A DNA stretch of 64,000 nucleotides from the IMG/VR virus record IMGVR_UViG_3300042870_001240; one strand, written 5' to 3'. The notes beneath the pieces were generated by a model. The model was given only the letters and a program-made list of their open reading frames with translations. It made no database searches and was not told the DNA's origin. Both the position numbers and the translations under genes were made by a program. Positions 1 through 9,544 of the stretch are shown here, piece by piece. This DNA comes from a virus. Taxonomy: Duplodnaviria > Caudoviricetes. The stretch's first letter is position 1, and every line of letters begins with the position of its first letter.

Positions 1-132
1 GAATTATACAAAGAAAATGAGCACGGAGAAGAATTGGTTAAGGATATTGAAAAAGTATTAAAACATTCAGACCCAACACCAAGAGCTAAAGAATATTTAA
101 AGAGATGTTTAACATTAGTAAAAGAAAAATAA
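1..132 (+). CDS. 3' end of a hypothetical protein running off the window (..ELYKENEHGE..LTLVKEK*)
   Basis: Frame 1 is open from base 1 to TAA at 130-132 and is followed by hairpins. Confidence 0.7.
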   Translation, partial: ELYKENEHGEELVKDIEKVLKHSDPTPRAKEYLKRCLTLVKEK

Positions 133-133
133 T

Positions 134-212
134 CCTCGAAAGAGGGCTTTTTGGACCGTTATCGTTATGATAACAAAATTAAGGGGGAAGTTCGCTACTA
201 CCCCTTTTTTTA
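134..212 (+). terminator. Tandem hairpins/intrinsic terminators
   Basis: CCTC-GAAA-GAGG + T5; GTTATC-N5-GATAAC; AAGGGG...TTCG...CCCCTT + T-tract. Confidence 0.65.
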
Positions 213-271
213 TGCGGACACTAATAATAGGAATAAATTGATAAATGTATATATTTATTAATAAAAAAGTT

Positions 272-550
272 ATGAAAAAATTCTTTAATCAATTGTTTTG
301 TGATAACAATTCAATCAACGAAAAATCTGTAGTTGGGGTTATGGCATTTATTATGATGTCTCTATTCGCTTGTGCGGATATCGTTACAGGTTTTTTAGGT
401 AAACCATTAGTTATTAACGAGTTTATCTTTAACTCATTCCTTATCTTAGTGTTAGGTTCATTTGCTATCGGTTCTGTTGACAAATTTGTCCACAAGAAAC
501 ATGGTAGTGATGATTCTGAAACACCAAGTAACGAAGAAGTTGTAAACTAA
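272..550 (+). CDS. Small two-TM membrane protein (holin-like)
   Basis: Two hydrophobic segments and a charged tail; likely start ATG 272 downstream of TATTTAT. The holin call is inference. Confidence 0.6.
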   Translation: MKKFFNQLFCDNNSINEKSVVGVMAFIMMSLFACADIVTGFLGKPLVINEFIFNSFLILVLGSFAIGSVDKFVHKKHGSDDSETPSNEEVVN

Positions 551-553
551 TTT

Positions 554-579
554 AAACCCCTCAAATGAGGGGTTTTTTT
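554..579. terminator. Bidirectional terminator between convergent genes
   Basis: AAACCCCTC-AAAT-GAGGGGTTTTTTT. Confidence 0.8.
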
Positions 580-1138
580 ATTGTAAGAATTTAATAATCT
601 TCTCTTTAATGCCATATTGTTTAATCCCCTCACTACTACTAGGTGTATGGACAAAATTCTCCAGTCCCCACTTTAAATTACCTGATATATCACCATACCT
701 CGCCGACATATCTAAATCATCAATCGCAACCCAATGAGTAACTTCAGGATGTTCGTATAACCACACACCAATTTCGTGAGCTCTTGTTTCTTCCAAATCA
801 GTATTCGGATGAAAATATTTTAAATCGGGGGATAAACTATTTGTTGTCAAACCTATTGGTTTTTTAATAATTCCTTGTGAAAGGTAATATTCACCAATTT
901 CCTCTAATGTTGCGTGATGTCTCCAATCAGATGAAACAACAATCTCCGCACCTGTCTTTTCTAAAATGTCGTTTAAAACTTTAATCGCCTTTTTATTAAA
1001 ATTATCAAAACGGAATTCCACCGGCACGTTTTTGACAATCGGATTAGGATTCGAATAAGCTTTCGTTTTTTTAAATCGACTACCCCATTCTGAATACAAA
1101 CAGATGACACCATCGTTATCTAAAAATATTACTTTCAT
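578..1138 (-). CDS. HAD-superfamily protein (HAD_SAK_2 / RNA-repair-associated type)
   Basis: Motifs FLDNDGV, VVSSDWR, WVAIDD; start placed at MKVIFLD. Confidence 0.8.
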   Translation of the reverse strand: MKVIFLDNDGVICLYSEWGSRFKKTKAYSNPNPIVKNVPVEFRFDNFNKKAIKVLNDILEKTGAEIVVSSDWRHHATLEEIGEYYLSQGIIKKPIGLTTNSLSPDLKYFHPNTDLEETRAHEIGVWLYEHPEVTHWVAIDDLDMSARYGDISGNLKWGLENFVHTPSSSEGIKQYGIKEKIIKFLQ

Positions 1139-1139
1139 A

Positions 1140-1637
1140 TTATTTAATTTCAAATGCGTTTAATATAACACGTTTTAGTTTTTTAGCATCTTCTTTATTA
1201 CCAATCACAACACCATCTTTAATAGTGAACGCGTGTCCTTTAACCAATATGAAAAATGTGCCGGCAGGGTTCTGTTTTGTAAACGTGCCAACGGTCATGC
1301 TTCTCATAACAAATCCTTCTTTTGTTTTAACCTTATATCTCAATGAGTAGTTATTAAGACCGTCTTTTTTTTCACCCAATCGTTTAACCTTTTTATAGTT
1401 TACTTGTATCTTATTTACTACAAGACCCATCATACTATTGACAGTATGAAATGTCCCTTGTCTATCGACACGATTAAACTTCTCTTTAACGAACTTATGT
1501 GCTTTGTCATATTGTAGGTCAAAGCAAGATGCGAATGCTCTAACAACACAATCATTAATTTCCCCTTTGGCAATTATAGAATCACTATAACCGATTATTC
1601 CTTCAGATGTCATACAATATGGTAACTCGTTCTTCAT
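1140..1637 (-). CDS. Hypothetical protein, possible papain-like Cys-His fold
   Basis: NDCVVRA motif and a later GHAFTIKDG; TATCTTTG promoter at 1642-1649. Confidence 0.55.
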   Translation of the reverse strand: MKNELPYCMTSEGIIGYSDSIIAKGEINDCVVRAFASCFDLQYDKAHKFVKEKFNRVDRQGTFHTVNSMMGLVVNKIQVNYKKVKRLGEKKDGLNNYSLRYKVKTKEGFVMRSMTVGTFTKQNPAGTFFILVKGHAFTIKDGVVIGNKEDAKKLKRVILNAFEIK

Positions 1638-1718
1638 ACCTCAAAGATACAAAAAAAATCGATATAAACAAAAAACCCCTAAAAATAATTCAGGGGTTTT
1701 TTGACAATGTGGATTAGG

Positions 1719-3590
1719 TTACTTATTATTCACCTCTTCAAATTCGACATCGGAACCATTAAATTCCACATCACCTGTTTGGTCATTAACCTGGTCATAC
1801 AGGTCCTGTGAAATCTTTTGGAATTTTAGATTCACCTCATCAACTAATGATTTGGATAATTCTACGTCCTTTTTACTGTGAGCCTCTTTTAATTTTTCAA
1901 GAGTTGACGTTATCTCAGACTTTTGTTCTTCGGATATTTTACCTTCCAAATCAGTTAACGATTTTTCAACGTTAAAAATTGTGCTGTCTGCGATATTAAT
2001 TGCGTCAGCATCTTCTTTTGCTTTTTTATCAGACTCAGCATTAATTTCGGCCTCCTTTTTCATTTTTTCAATCTCCTCTTTAGATAATCCTGAAGAAGAT
2101 TCAATTCTAATTGATTGTTGTTTGTTTGTTGCTTTATCCATTGCCGAAACATTTATAATACCGTTAGTATCAATATCAAAAGTAACTTCAACTTGAGGAA
2201 CACCTCTCATCGCAGGTGGTAAGCCATCTAAATGGAATCTACCAATAGTTCGGTTATCTCTAACCATACTCCTTTCTCCCTGCAAAACGTGAATTTCAAC
2301 TGACGGTTGATTATCAACTGCCGTTGAGAATACCTGTGACTTCTTAGTTGGAATCGTGGTATTTGATTCAATTAGTTTTGTGAATACTCCACCCATTGTT
2401 TCAATACCCAAAGATAATGGTGTTACGTCTAATAACAATACATCTTTTACGTCTCCCGCTAATACACCACCTTGGATTGCCGCACCAAGAGCGACCACCT
2501 CATCAGGGTTAACTCCTTTTGAAGGTTCTTTACCAAAGAACTTTTTAACCGCATCTTGTATTGCCGGGATTCTTGTTGTTCCACCAACAAGGATAACCTC
2601 ATCAATATCAGAAACCTTAAGTTTTGCATTTTTCAATGCCGTTTTACAAGGTTCAATGGTTCTTTTAATTAAGTCGGCAGAAAGTTGTTCAAACTTTGCT
2701 CTCGTTAATGTTTTTACCAAGTGTTTTGGTCCAGTTGCATCGGCACTTAAATAAGGTAAGTTGATTTCTGTCTGAGGAGATGATGATAATTCAACCTTTG
2801 CTTTTTCAGCACCTTCTCTTAACCTTTGTAATGCCATAGCGTCTTTTGAGATATCTAAACCACCATTATCGTTCTTGAATTCCTCAACCAAGAAATCAAT
2901 AATGACTCTGTCAAAGTCATCACCACCTAAATGAGTATCCCCATCGGTAGATAATACCTCAAACACCCCATTACCAAGGTCTAATATAGATACGTCATGT
3001 GTACCACCTCCACAGTCAAATACAACGATTTTCATGTCTTTTGACATCTTATCAAGACCATACGCCAACGCCGCGGCGGTAGGTTCATTGATTATACGTC
3101 TAACAATTAATCCAGCAATTTCACCAGCTTCTTTAGTCGCTTGACGTTGTGCGTCGTTAAAATACGCAGGTACGGTAATAACCGCCTCAGTAACTTCAGT
3201 CCCCAAATAATCTTCAGCGGTTTGTTTCATCTTTTGAAGAATCATTGCCGAAATTTCTTGTGGTGAATACAATCTATCTTCTATAGATACTCTTGGTGTG
3301 TTCCCGTCACCTTTAACTAATTTATACGGAACTCTACCAACCTCACCTTTACTTTCGTCAAATGTTAAACCCATAAATCGTTTGATTGAGTAAACCGTTT
3401 TTTCAGGGTTTGTTACCGACTGTCTTTTTGCAGGGTCTCCGATTTTTCTTTCACCACCATTAATGAATCCAACAATTGAAGGGGTGGTTCTTTTTCCTTC
3501 ACTGTTTGTAATAACGACAGGTTCTCGTCCTTCCATGACCGTTACGCACGAATTTGTAGTTCCTAAATCTACTCCTATTATTTTTCCCAT
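1719..3590 (-). CDS. dnaK: Hsp70 chaperone DnaK
   Basis: [50 protein letters not shown]; full length, 623 aa. Confidence 0.98.
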   Translation of the reverse strand: MGKIIGVDLGTTNSCVTVMEGREPVVITNSEGKRTTPSIVGFINGGERKIGDPAKRQSVTNPEKTVYSIKRFMGLTFDESKGEVGRVPYKLVKGDGNTPRVSIEDRLYSPQEISAMILQKMKQTAEDYLGTEVTEAVITVPAYFNDAQRQATKEAGEIAGLIVRRIINEPTAAALAYGLDKMSKDMKIVVFDCGGGTHDVSILDLGNGVFEVLSTDGDTHLGGDDFDRVIIDFLVEEFKNDNGGLDISKDAMALQRLREGAEKAKVELSSSPQTEINLPYLSADATGPKHLVKTLTRAKFEQLSADLIKRTIEPCKTALKNAKLKVSDIDEVILVGGTTRIPAIQDAVKKFFGKEPSKGVNPDEVVALGAAIQGGVLAGDVKDVLLLDVTPLSLGIETMGGVFTKLIESNTTIPTKKSQVFSTAVDNQPSVEIHVLQGERSMVRDNRTIGRFHLDGLPPAMRGVPQVEVTFDIDTNGIINVSAMDKATNKQQSIRIESSSGLSKEEIEKMKKEAEINAESDKKAKEDADAINIADSTIFNVEKSLTDLEGKISEEQKSEITSTLEKLKEAHSKKDVELSKSLVDEVNLKFQKISQDLYDQVNDQTGDVEFNGSDVEFEEVNNK

Positions 3591-3678
3591 GTGTTTTGAT
3601 TTTTTATAATTATAATTTAATTTTATTATGGAATCAAGTCCATACTATTACATTAAATTACGTGCCAAATTAATTAAC

Positions 3679-3740
3679 CTGACACAATGACCTACTTTAC
3701 TGACAAAATGTCATAATTAATTGAATTAGACTGACAAAAT
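3679..3740. promoter_or_regulatory. Three CTGACA-box sites upstream of dnaK, including the palindrome TGACA-AAA-TGTCA (3701-3713)
   Basis: ctgacacaatga 3679, ctgacaaaatgtca 3700, ctgacaaaat 3731. Confidence 0.6.
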
Positions 3741-3743
3741 AGG

Positions 3744-4781
3744 TTAATCAGGGGATAACGAATATAGTTTGATGAATCTTCTTTTCAGTTGTTTACCAGC
3801 ATTGTTGATTCTTGCTTGAAATCCTTTCATTAAACCCAAAATATGACTAGATTTTTCAATCCTCTTATTTGGTTGTAATTTCTGATATTTTAACTGTTTG
3901 TAGTAATCGGTTATAAACCAAATATAAAGATTTTTCATTATAGACACAATACTGTCGGGTTTTTGGTTTTCAATTTTTTCAATTAAGGTATCGAACATAA
4001 CATCAGCGTTAAATTTTTCCATAACTTCCGCTGCCATATAATATCGGTGTTTTTTAAATTCTTCAAAGGGCATTCTCAATCTAACCCCATACATTTCTTG
4101 CACCATTGCTCTCATTTCATAAGGTTCGGAAAAATATACCATTTGAAGAAATTCACTCCAAACTTCGAATATATCTCTTGGGATATTGTAGTTTTTACCA
4201 CCTGAATGACTTAACGCACTATTAATATTCCCTAACCCACTTAAAGACCTTTTATAAAATTCTAACATATGATTACACTCATGTGAAATACTATCGATTA
4301 AATCAGACATTAAATCATCAATATACTCTTCCGTAAAATCTTTTCTAATATAAACATCCAAATCAAATTTAGCATTTAATGTGTCGTCAAGTTCTGATAA
4401 TATGTGTTTTGGTAAATCTTTACTTGGTCTCTTTATAAAAGAATATTTCCCAACTTTAGACTCTATCTGTTCCGCACCTCCACCAGTACTAAATTTATAG
4501 GGCATCTGACTATTACTTTTGACATAGAGATTTAAGTCAATTCTAATCTCCTCAATTGGAAATTCAAGGTAACTCTCGAGGTCTTGTTTCCACACTCTCG
4601 ATAAATCTTTAAGTCCAATCACCAACTTTTGTTTACCAGGTTGCTTATGTTTTGTAAAGTCAATTACAATAGGTCTTGTTTTTTCATAAATTAAGTTAGC
4701 ATAATCCACGGAAGCTCTGGAAACCCCCATGTCTTCATTAATAAGTTTGGTATATTGGGATTCGTTTACAATAATTTTCAT
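3744..4781 (-). CDS. Leader-family (MKIIVNE) protein with HExxH motif; paralog of 20258-21424
   Basis: SHECNH followed by YFSEPYE; TATTTAT upstream. Confidence 0.75.
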   Translation of the reverse strand: MKIIVNESQYTKLINEDMGVSRASVDYANLIYEKTRPIVIDFTKHKQPGKQKLVIGLKDLSRVWKQDLESYLEFPIEEIRIDLNLYVKSNSQMPYKFSTGGGAEQIESKVGKYSFIKRPSKDLPKHILSELDDTLNAKFDLDVYIRKDFTEEYIDDLMSDLIDSISHECNHMLEFYKRSLSGLGNINSALSHSGGKNYNIPRDIFEVWSEFLQMVYFSEPYEMRAMVQEMYGVRLRMPFEEFKKHRYYMAAEVMEKFNADVMFDTLIEKIENQKPDSIVSIMKNLYIWFITDYYKQLKYQKLQPNKRIEKSSHILGLMKGFQARINNAGKQLKRRFIKLYSLSPD

Positions 4782-4851
4782 ATTAATAAATATACTAAAA
4801 AATTATTACAAGTGTTTATTTTTAAAACTTTATCACTATTTATTTAAAAGT

Positions 4852-4910
4852 ATGAAAACAAATAAAAATAATAAATCATAACGGAATCCTCCTTCGGGAG
4901 AATTTTTTTT
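4852..4910 (+). promoter_or_regulatory. Candidate attenuator: uORF MKTNKNNKS* (4852-4881), CTCC-TTCG-GGAG hairpin and T8 tract
   Basis: TATTTAT directly upstream of the uORF ATG; 3 Asn codons; terminator-like hairpin before the AsnRS-like gene. Confidence 0.5.
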
Positions 4911-4949
4911 GCCCATACGTAAACAATAAAAATAAATAAAAAAAAACAG

Positions 4950-5774
4950 ATGAAAAACACAAAAATTTACAACGAACTAGTTCAGAAATTAAGAACATTC
5001 TTTTTGGATAAAGAATTTATTGAGGTTCCAACTCAATCAAGATTATCAATTTTGGCCGCGTGTGAGAATCCACATTCTGTTAAAACATTTGAGTATGGTG
5101 GCGAAATTTGGCCCCTCCCTCAAACAGGTCAAATGTGGTTAGAACATGAGTTACTTAAAAACCCTGAATGGCCAGGAGTGTTTTGTATATCAACTTCTTA
5201 CCGAGAAGAGAAAAATCCAATTCCGGGTCGACACGAAACGATTTTTCCGATGTTCGAATTTGAATCTAAAGGAACAATGATTGATTTAAAAAATTTAGAA
5301 ACAGAGTTGTTAAATTACTTAGGATTTGACGAACCTAAGTCGGTTACTTACGAAGGTATGTGTTCAAGATATGGCACACAAATTTTAGAAGACGAACACG
5401 AGAGTAAAATGTGGAAAGAAATTGGTGAAGTAGTTTCATTAGAACATTTCCCATTAAGAACTAACCCATTTTGGAATATGAAACACGGGACTGATTCAAT
5501 TTTTAATAAGATTGACGTTATATTATTTGGTCAAGAAACCATTGGTAGCGCAGAGAGAAGTTGTGATGTTGATAAAATGAGGGAGATGTTTTATACGATT
5601 GAAAATGGTGGGTATTCTGCAAAGTTGTTTGAATTATTTGGTAAAGAAAGGGTTGAAAAAGAACTTGAGGAATTTCTTTCTTACGACTTTTTTCCTAGAT
5701 TTGGAGCCGGAATTGGTCTTACAAGATTATCAAGAGCATGGGAGTTAAATTCCGTCAATTTGGAAATTATTTAA
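4950..5774 (+). CDS. Class II aaRS (Asp/Asn/Lys) catalytic-domain-only paralog, probably AsnRS-like asparagine synthetase
   Basis: FIEVPT, YREEKNP..RH..FPMFEFE, GAGIGLTRL; no N-terminal OB anticodon domain. Confidence 0.8.
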   Translation: MKNTKIYNELVQKLRTFFLDKEFIEVPTQSRLSILAACENPHSVKTFEYGGEIWPLPQTGQMWLEHELLKNPEWPGVFCISTSYREEKNPIPGRHETIFPMFEFESKGTMIDLKNLETELLNYLGFDEPKSVTYEGMCSRYGTQILEDEHESKMWKEIGEVVSLEHFPLRTNPFWNMKHGTDSIFNKIDVILFGQETIGSAERSCDVDKMREMFYTIENGGYSAKLFELFGKERVEKELEEFLSYDFFPRFGAGIGLTRLSRAWELNSVNLEII

Positions 5775-5796
5775 ATTATTTATATCTTTATACTTT

Positions 5797-5979
5797 ATGG
5801 CAAAAAAAACAAATATAAAAGAAGTCGAACACAGGAAGTGGGAACGAGTTTATGAGGACGAAGATAGTATTTCCATATGGAGGTACGATAGTAAAAAAAG
5901 TTTGATAAATCCTTATGAGGTTGAAATCAAATATAAAAACGAAAAAAGGTCCTCGAGTAAACGAAAAAGCGAGGATTAA
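5797..5979 (+). CDS. Hypothetical protein
   Basis: 60-aa ORF filling the gap between genes. Confidence 0.6.
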   Translation: MAKKTNIKEVEHRKWERVYEDEDSISIWRYDSKKSLINPYEVEIKYKNEKRSSSKRKSED

Positions 5980-6004
5980 TAAATCTCTCTTTATATTTAT
6001 TGTT

Positions 6005-6430
6005 ATGAAATTAATTGGGTTACTTAAAGAAGAAACAAGTAAAAGTCGAATGATGAGACTCCTTAAAGATATGGGGTTTTCTAAGGAGGACGCTGAAGAT
6101 GAATTAGATGAAATAACCCATTATGTTAAAACCTTACCCGAAAAAATTAAATTATACAGAATTTTGGCGGTTGATAGTGAGGATAAAATTAATACTAAAG
6201 AGCTTGGGTGTCACTATTCTACAAGTAGAAAAGATTTGATTAATTCTCATACCTACGTCACAGGTTCAGGTGAAGAACATTATATCGTTACGGTAGTATC
6301 TCCTAAAAGTTTTATAGATGTTAATGAAACAATTGCAAACATAATTTTATATCCAAACGAACAAGAGATTACTTTAAAAAATAAAGGTAGAGGTGTTGAG
6401 GTGGTTTCAGTTAAAAAAATTAAACCTTAA
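6005..6430 (+). CDS. Putative ADP-ribosyltransferase-fold protein with LLKEE leader
   Basis: LYR...YSTS...EQEITL matches the R-STS-ExE pattern; start ATG 6005 after TATTTAT. Confidence 0.6.
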   Translation: MKLIGLLKEETSKSRMMRLLKDMGFSKEDAEDELDEITHYVKTLPEKIKLYRILAVDSEDKINTKELGCHYSTSRKDLINSHTYVTGSGEEHYIVTVVSPKSFIDVNETIANIILYPNEQEITLKNKGRGVEVVSVKKIKP

Positions 6431-7107
6431 GAGTCCTTTTCTTTAGATGCGTATTTAACACCCATTATGGTTCCTATAATACTAAACGCATTTGTTAACA
6501 AAATACCAAACATATTTGACCATGTTGACCCAATGATTTGAGTATCTTTATTCATAAATAAAGAAATCATATACATAATTGTGGTAATTACACCAACAGA
6601 CATTATAACGCCTAAAGCGACCTTAACGATTGTTCCAATCAACTCGGTTTGACTTTTCTTTTGTAATAAATCTAAATCATTCATGGCGGCGTGTTTGGCG
6701 TTTTCTGCCTCAAGACGAGCCGATTCGGATTTACTCATAGCTATATGTAACTCTTCACTTATTCTTTGATTATCTTCTTTCCATGCGATTAATTCTCCGT
6801 TCTGAATTTCAATCTGTGTTTTGGTTTCCTCAACACTGGTTAAAGTTTCTTGTAACTCAACCATCATTCTTTGATTTTCTAAATTTAAATCGGATAACTC
6901 TTTATTTTGAGATTGGATTTGTTTTGTCATTTCCAATCTTCTTCGTCTAACTTCCTTGTCTTTAGAAACACAATAATCAATATACTCTTTAAATTCCTTA
7001 TCATCAGAGGTATCAATTACTTTGGCAATATTACCCTCAAGGGTAATATTTTTTGACTTATTTAAATCAATTAATTGTTGTTTACTATTTTTATCAAATA
7101 CTATCAT
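6427..7107 (-). CDS. Coiled-coil protein with two C-terminal TM helices, third gene of the kinase operon
   Basis: Long heptad region, then two hydrophobic segments; overlaps the stop of the receiver gene. Confidence 0.75.
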   Translation of the reverse strand: MIVFDKNSKQQLIDLNKSKNITLEGNIAKVIDTSDDKEFKEYIDYCVSKDKEVRRRRLEMTKQIQSQNKELSDLNLENQRMMVELQETLTSVEETKTQIEIQNGELIAWKEDNQRISEELHIAMSKSESARLEAENAKHAAMNDLDLLQKKSQTELIGTIVKVALGVIMSVGVITTIMYMISLFMNKDTQIIGSTWSNMFGILLTNAFSIIGTIMGVKYASKEKDS

Positions 7108-7535
7108 TTATATACTTTAAATGGTGCGGTTCTGTTCTTGTAACTTTCGTAATCTTGTCTAAATTCCTCCAATCTTGGTTCTATATCATCAGATTTGATA
7201 ATCCAAAACTGAGCCCCAGCCTGAATGGCTTTAGCTTGTTCTTCAGGTTCATTACTTGAAGATATAATACCGATAACTACGTTATTACCGTATTCAAAGT
7301 TAACCTTACGGATAAGTTCAATACCGTCAAAGGACGAACCGATTATATTTAAATCCACAAACACGCATTCAGGTTTACCGTTTGGGTTCTTTTGCCAATC
7401 GGAAAATAATTTAGCCGCCTCGTCAGAGCTATTTAAACTTTTTAACGACAAAGTAATGTCTAATAAGGAACAACTGTCCTCAAAAACCAAATGGAATAAG
7501 TCCTCGTCATCCACTAACAAAATTGAATCAATCAT
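7104..7535 (-). CDS. Stand-alone response regulator receiver protein (CheY-like)
   Basis: LLVDDE, FVDLN (phospho-acceptor Asp), IISSS, IIK. Confidence 0.9.
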   Translation of the reverse strand: MIDSILLVDDEDLFHLVFEDSCSLLDITLSLKSLNSSDEAAKLFSDWQKNPNGKPECVFVDLNIIGSSFDGIELIRKVNFEYGNNVVIGIISSSNEPEEQAKAIQAGAQFWIIKSDDIEPRLEEFRQDYESYKNRTAPFKVYK

Positions 7536-7548
7536 ATTTTTTCTTTTT

Positions 7549-9480
7549 TTATTTTATTTTTATTTTCATTTTAGTACCAATTTCATTCTTCTCACAAGTA
7601 ATCTTAAACTTATGTTCTTCCAAGATTGCGACACAAATATTTAACCCTAATCCAGTCCCAGATTCTTTTTGTCCTTCTTTTCTTGTATAAGGTTTGGATA
7701 AATAATTAAAATCGTCTTGAGTAATACCTCTACCGTTATCTTGTATGTAAATTGAATCCTCATCACCATATACCTTAACAAACTTTGTTTCGGAGTCGTT
7801 ATATTTTAAACCATTCCTAATTAGATTATCAACTGCGGTACAGAACAACGGTTCATTAAGTTCAATGGTTGGTAAATTATCGTCTAATATCACCTGACTT
7901 ATATAAGCCGTTGATGATAAATAATCTGCAAGAATATTTTTTACATTACATTCGGTCTTGTTTAATACCACATCTTTCTTAACTAGATTGGTAAACTCAT
8001 AAACCCCTTTATAAACTTTTTGTGAGTGTTTAAGACCTTCCTTAATCATTTTAAGTGGTGCCTCAATTTTAAGGTTAGTAATATCTTCTTGGGATAATCT
8101 CCTTTCTAATGAATTAACCCCTCTTGGTATATAAGTATTAATCCCTGAGTGCATATCATGTCTTAATATTTTAGCCGCGTGTTCTAAGTAGGTATTTTTC
8201 TTTTCAATTTCCTTCTTTTGTTCATAAGAAGTAGTAATGTCTGTAGCGATTTTCATAACACGATAAATCTTACCATCAGTACCAATAATAGGATTGTAAG
8301 TCGCCTGTAGATATACTAAAGACCCGTCTTTTTTGACTCTAACAATTTCACCTGAAAATAACTCACCATTATTTAATTTTTCCCAAAAAAGAGAATAGTC
8401 ATCGCTTTTCGAATATTCATCGTCAATAAAAATTCTGTGGTGTTTTCCGACAACCTCATCTTGTGACGAATATCCCATAGTACCTAAAAACAAGTCATTC
8501 GCAAAAATAATGTTACCTTCTAAATCAAATTCAATAACGGCATTAGATTTGTTTATCGCATTCATTCTATTCCGAATCTCCATCTCTTTTTTCTTAAGTT
8601 CCGTAACGTCTTGTCTAATTGATGAAAACCCGTCTAACTTACCATTCTTATCGAATTTTGCTTTGATGAATGTGTCAACGTAATATAATTCTCCTGATTT
8701 TCCTTTATTGGTAACAACGTCATTCCATATTTCACCATTCATTACCGTCTTATACATCTTACCCCAATAACCGTCAGGTTGTAATCCCGAATTAACAATA
8801 ATATGGTCCTTGCCTTTTACTTCGTCTAAAGACCATCCAGAAACTTCCTCAAATTTTTTATTAACGTAGGTTATTTTACCGTATTTATCAGCAACCGAAA
8901 CAATTGCGGCACTATTTAAAAAATTTTCAGTTTCTTTATTTATTCTCAATAAATCATTTCCTTCTTTAACTGAATAAGTAAAACTATAAAGAGATGATAA
9001 TAGTTGTGCAAAATCAACCTCAGAACTATCCCACTCTCTAAGTGTTAGTGACTCAATACAAATTACCCCAATGGTTTCCCCTTTATAAATAATAGGAACA
9101 TCTAACATAGATTTTACCCCAAGAGGTTTTAAATACGTTTCGGTAAAACAAGAAGTCGCTTGGTGTATTTCGGCATCATTTGCAATGATAATTGGGTTTT
9201 CTAATAACGCTAAGAAATAGGATTGGAAATCTTTTTTATAAAGTGTTATGTCTTGATACCAACTGTTTTCAGATTTAATATGTAATTGTTCACATATAAT
9301 TTCAGACTTATCTTCATTGTATAACCATATTGAACACCTATCGGCATTTATTGATTCCGTAACTTCTTTAGTTAATACTTTAGCACCTTCAGTTGTATTA
9401 CCTTCATAAAATAAAGGATTGTGTGATTGGGAGATAAGTACCTTATTTAATTTTTTAGTATAGTCAAGATGTTTTATCAT
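7549..9480 (-). CDS. Soluble GAF-PAS-PAS sensor histidine kinase
   Basis: GAF (ADRCSIW..LDVPI), two PAS domains (ITYVNKKF; IIFANDLF), H-box RHDM, N-box NLIRNGLKY, DNGRG, GTGLGL. Confidence 0.92.
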   Translation of the reverse strand: MIKHLDYTKKLNKVLISQSHNPLFYEGNTTEGAKVLTKEVTESINADRCSIWLYNEDKSEIICEQLHIKSENSWYQDITLYKKDFQSYFLALLENPIIIANDAEIHQATSCFTETYLKPLGVKSMLDVPIIYKGETIGVICIESLTLREWDSSEVDFAQLLSSLYSFTYSVKEGNDLLRINKETENFLNSAAIVSVADKYGKITYVNKKFEEVSGWSLDEVKGKDHIIVNSGLQPDGYWGKMYKTVMNGEIWNDVVTNKGKSGELYYVDTFIKAKFDKNGKLDGFSSIRQDVTELKKKEMEIRNRMNAINKSNAVIEFDLEGNIIFANDLFLGTMGYSSQDEVVGKHHRIFIDDEYSKSDDYSLFWEKLNNGELFSGEIVRVKKDGSLVYLQATYNPIIGTDGKIYRVMKIATDITTSYEQKKEIEKKNTYLEHAAKILRHDMHSGINTYIPRGVNSLERRLSQEDITNLKIEAPLKMIKEGLKHSQKVYKGVYEFTNLVKKDVVLNKTECNVKNILADYLSSTAYISQVILDDNLPTIELNEPLFCTAVDNLIRNGLKYNDSETKFVKVYGDEDSIYIQDNGRGITQDDFNYLSKPYTRKEGQKESGTGLGLNICVAILEEHKFKITCEKNEIGTKMKIKIK

Positions 9481-9544
9481 AATAATAAATATACGTTAAT
9501 ACTTTACTTTTCATTATTATAAAATATTTATAATAAAAAACATT

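Noticed and set aside
1981-2754. Plus-strand ORFs inside dnaK, and the other antisense or nested ORFs in the track (e.g. 289, 7225, 10123, 17687, 29800, 47730, 49787, 52990, 53126, 57718)
   Set aside because: These are shadow frames of well-supported genes, with no motifs or start context.
4950-5774. Functional asparaginyl-tRNA synthetase (asnS)
   Set aside because: It lacks the N-terminal anticodon-binding domain.
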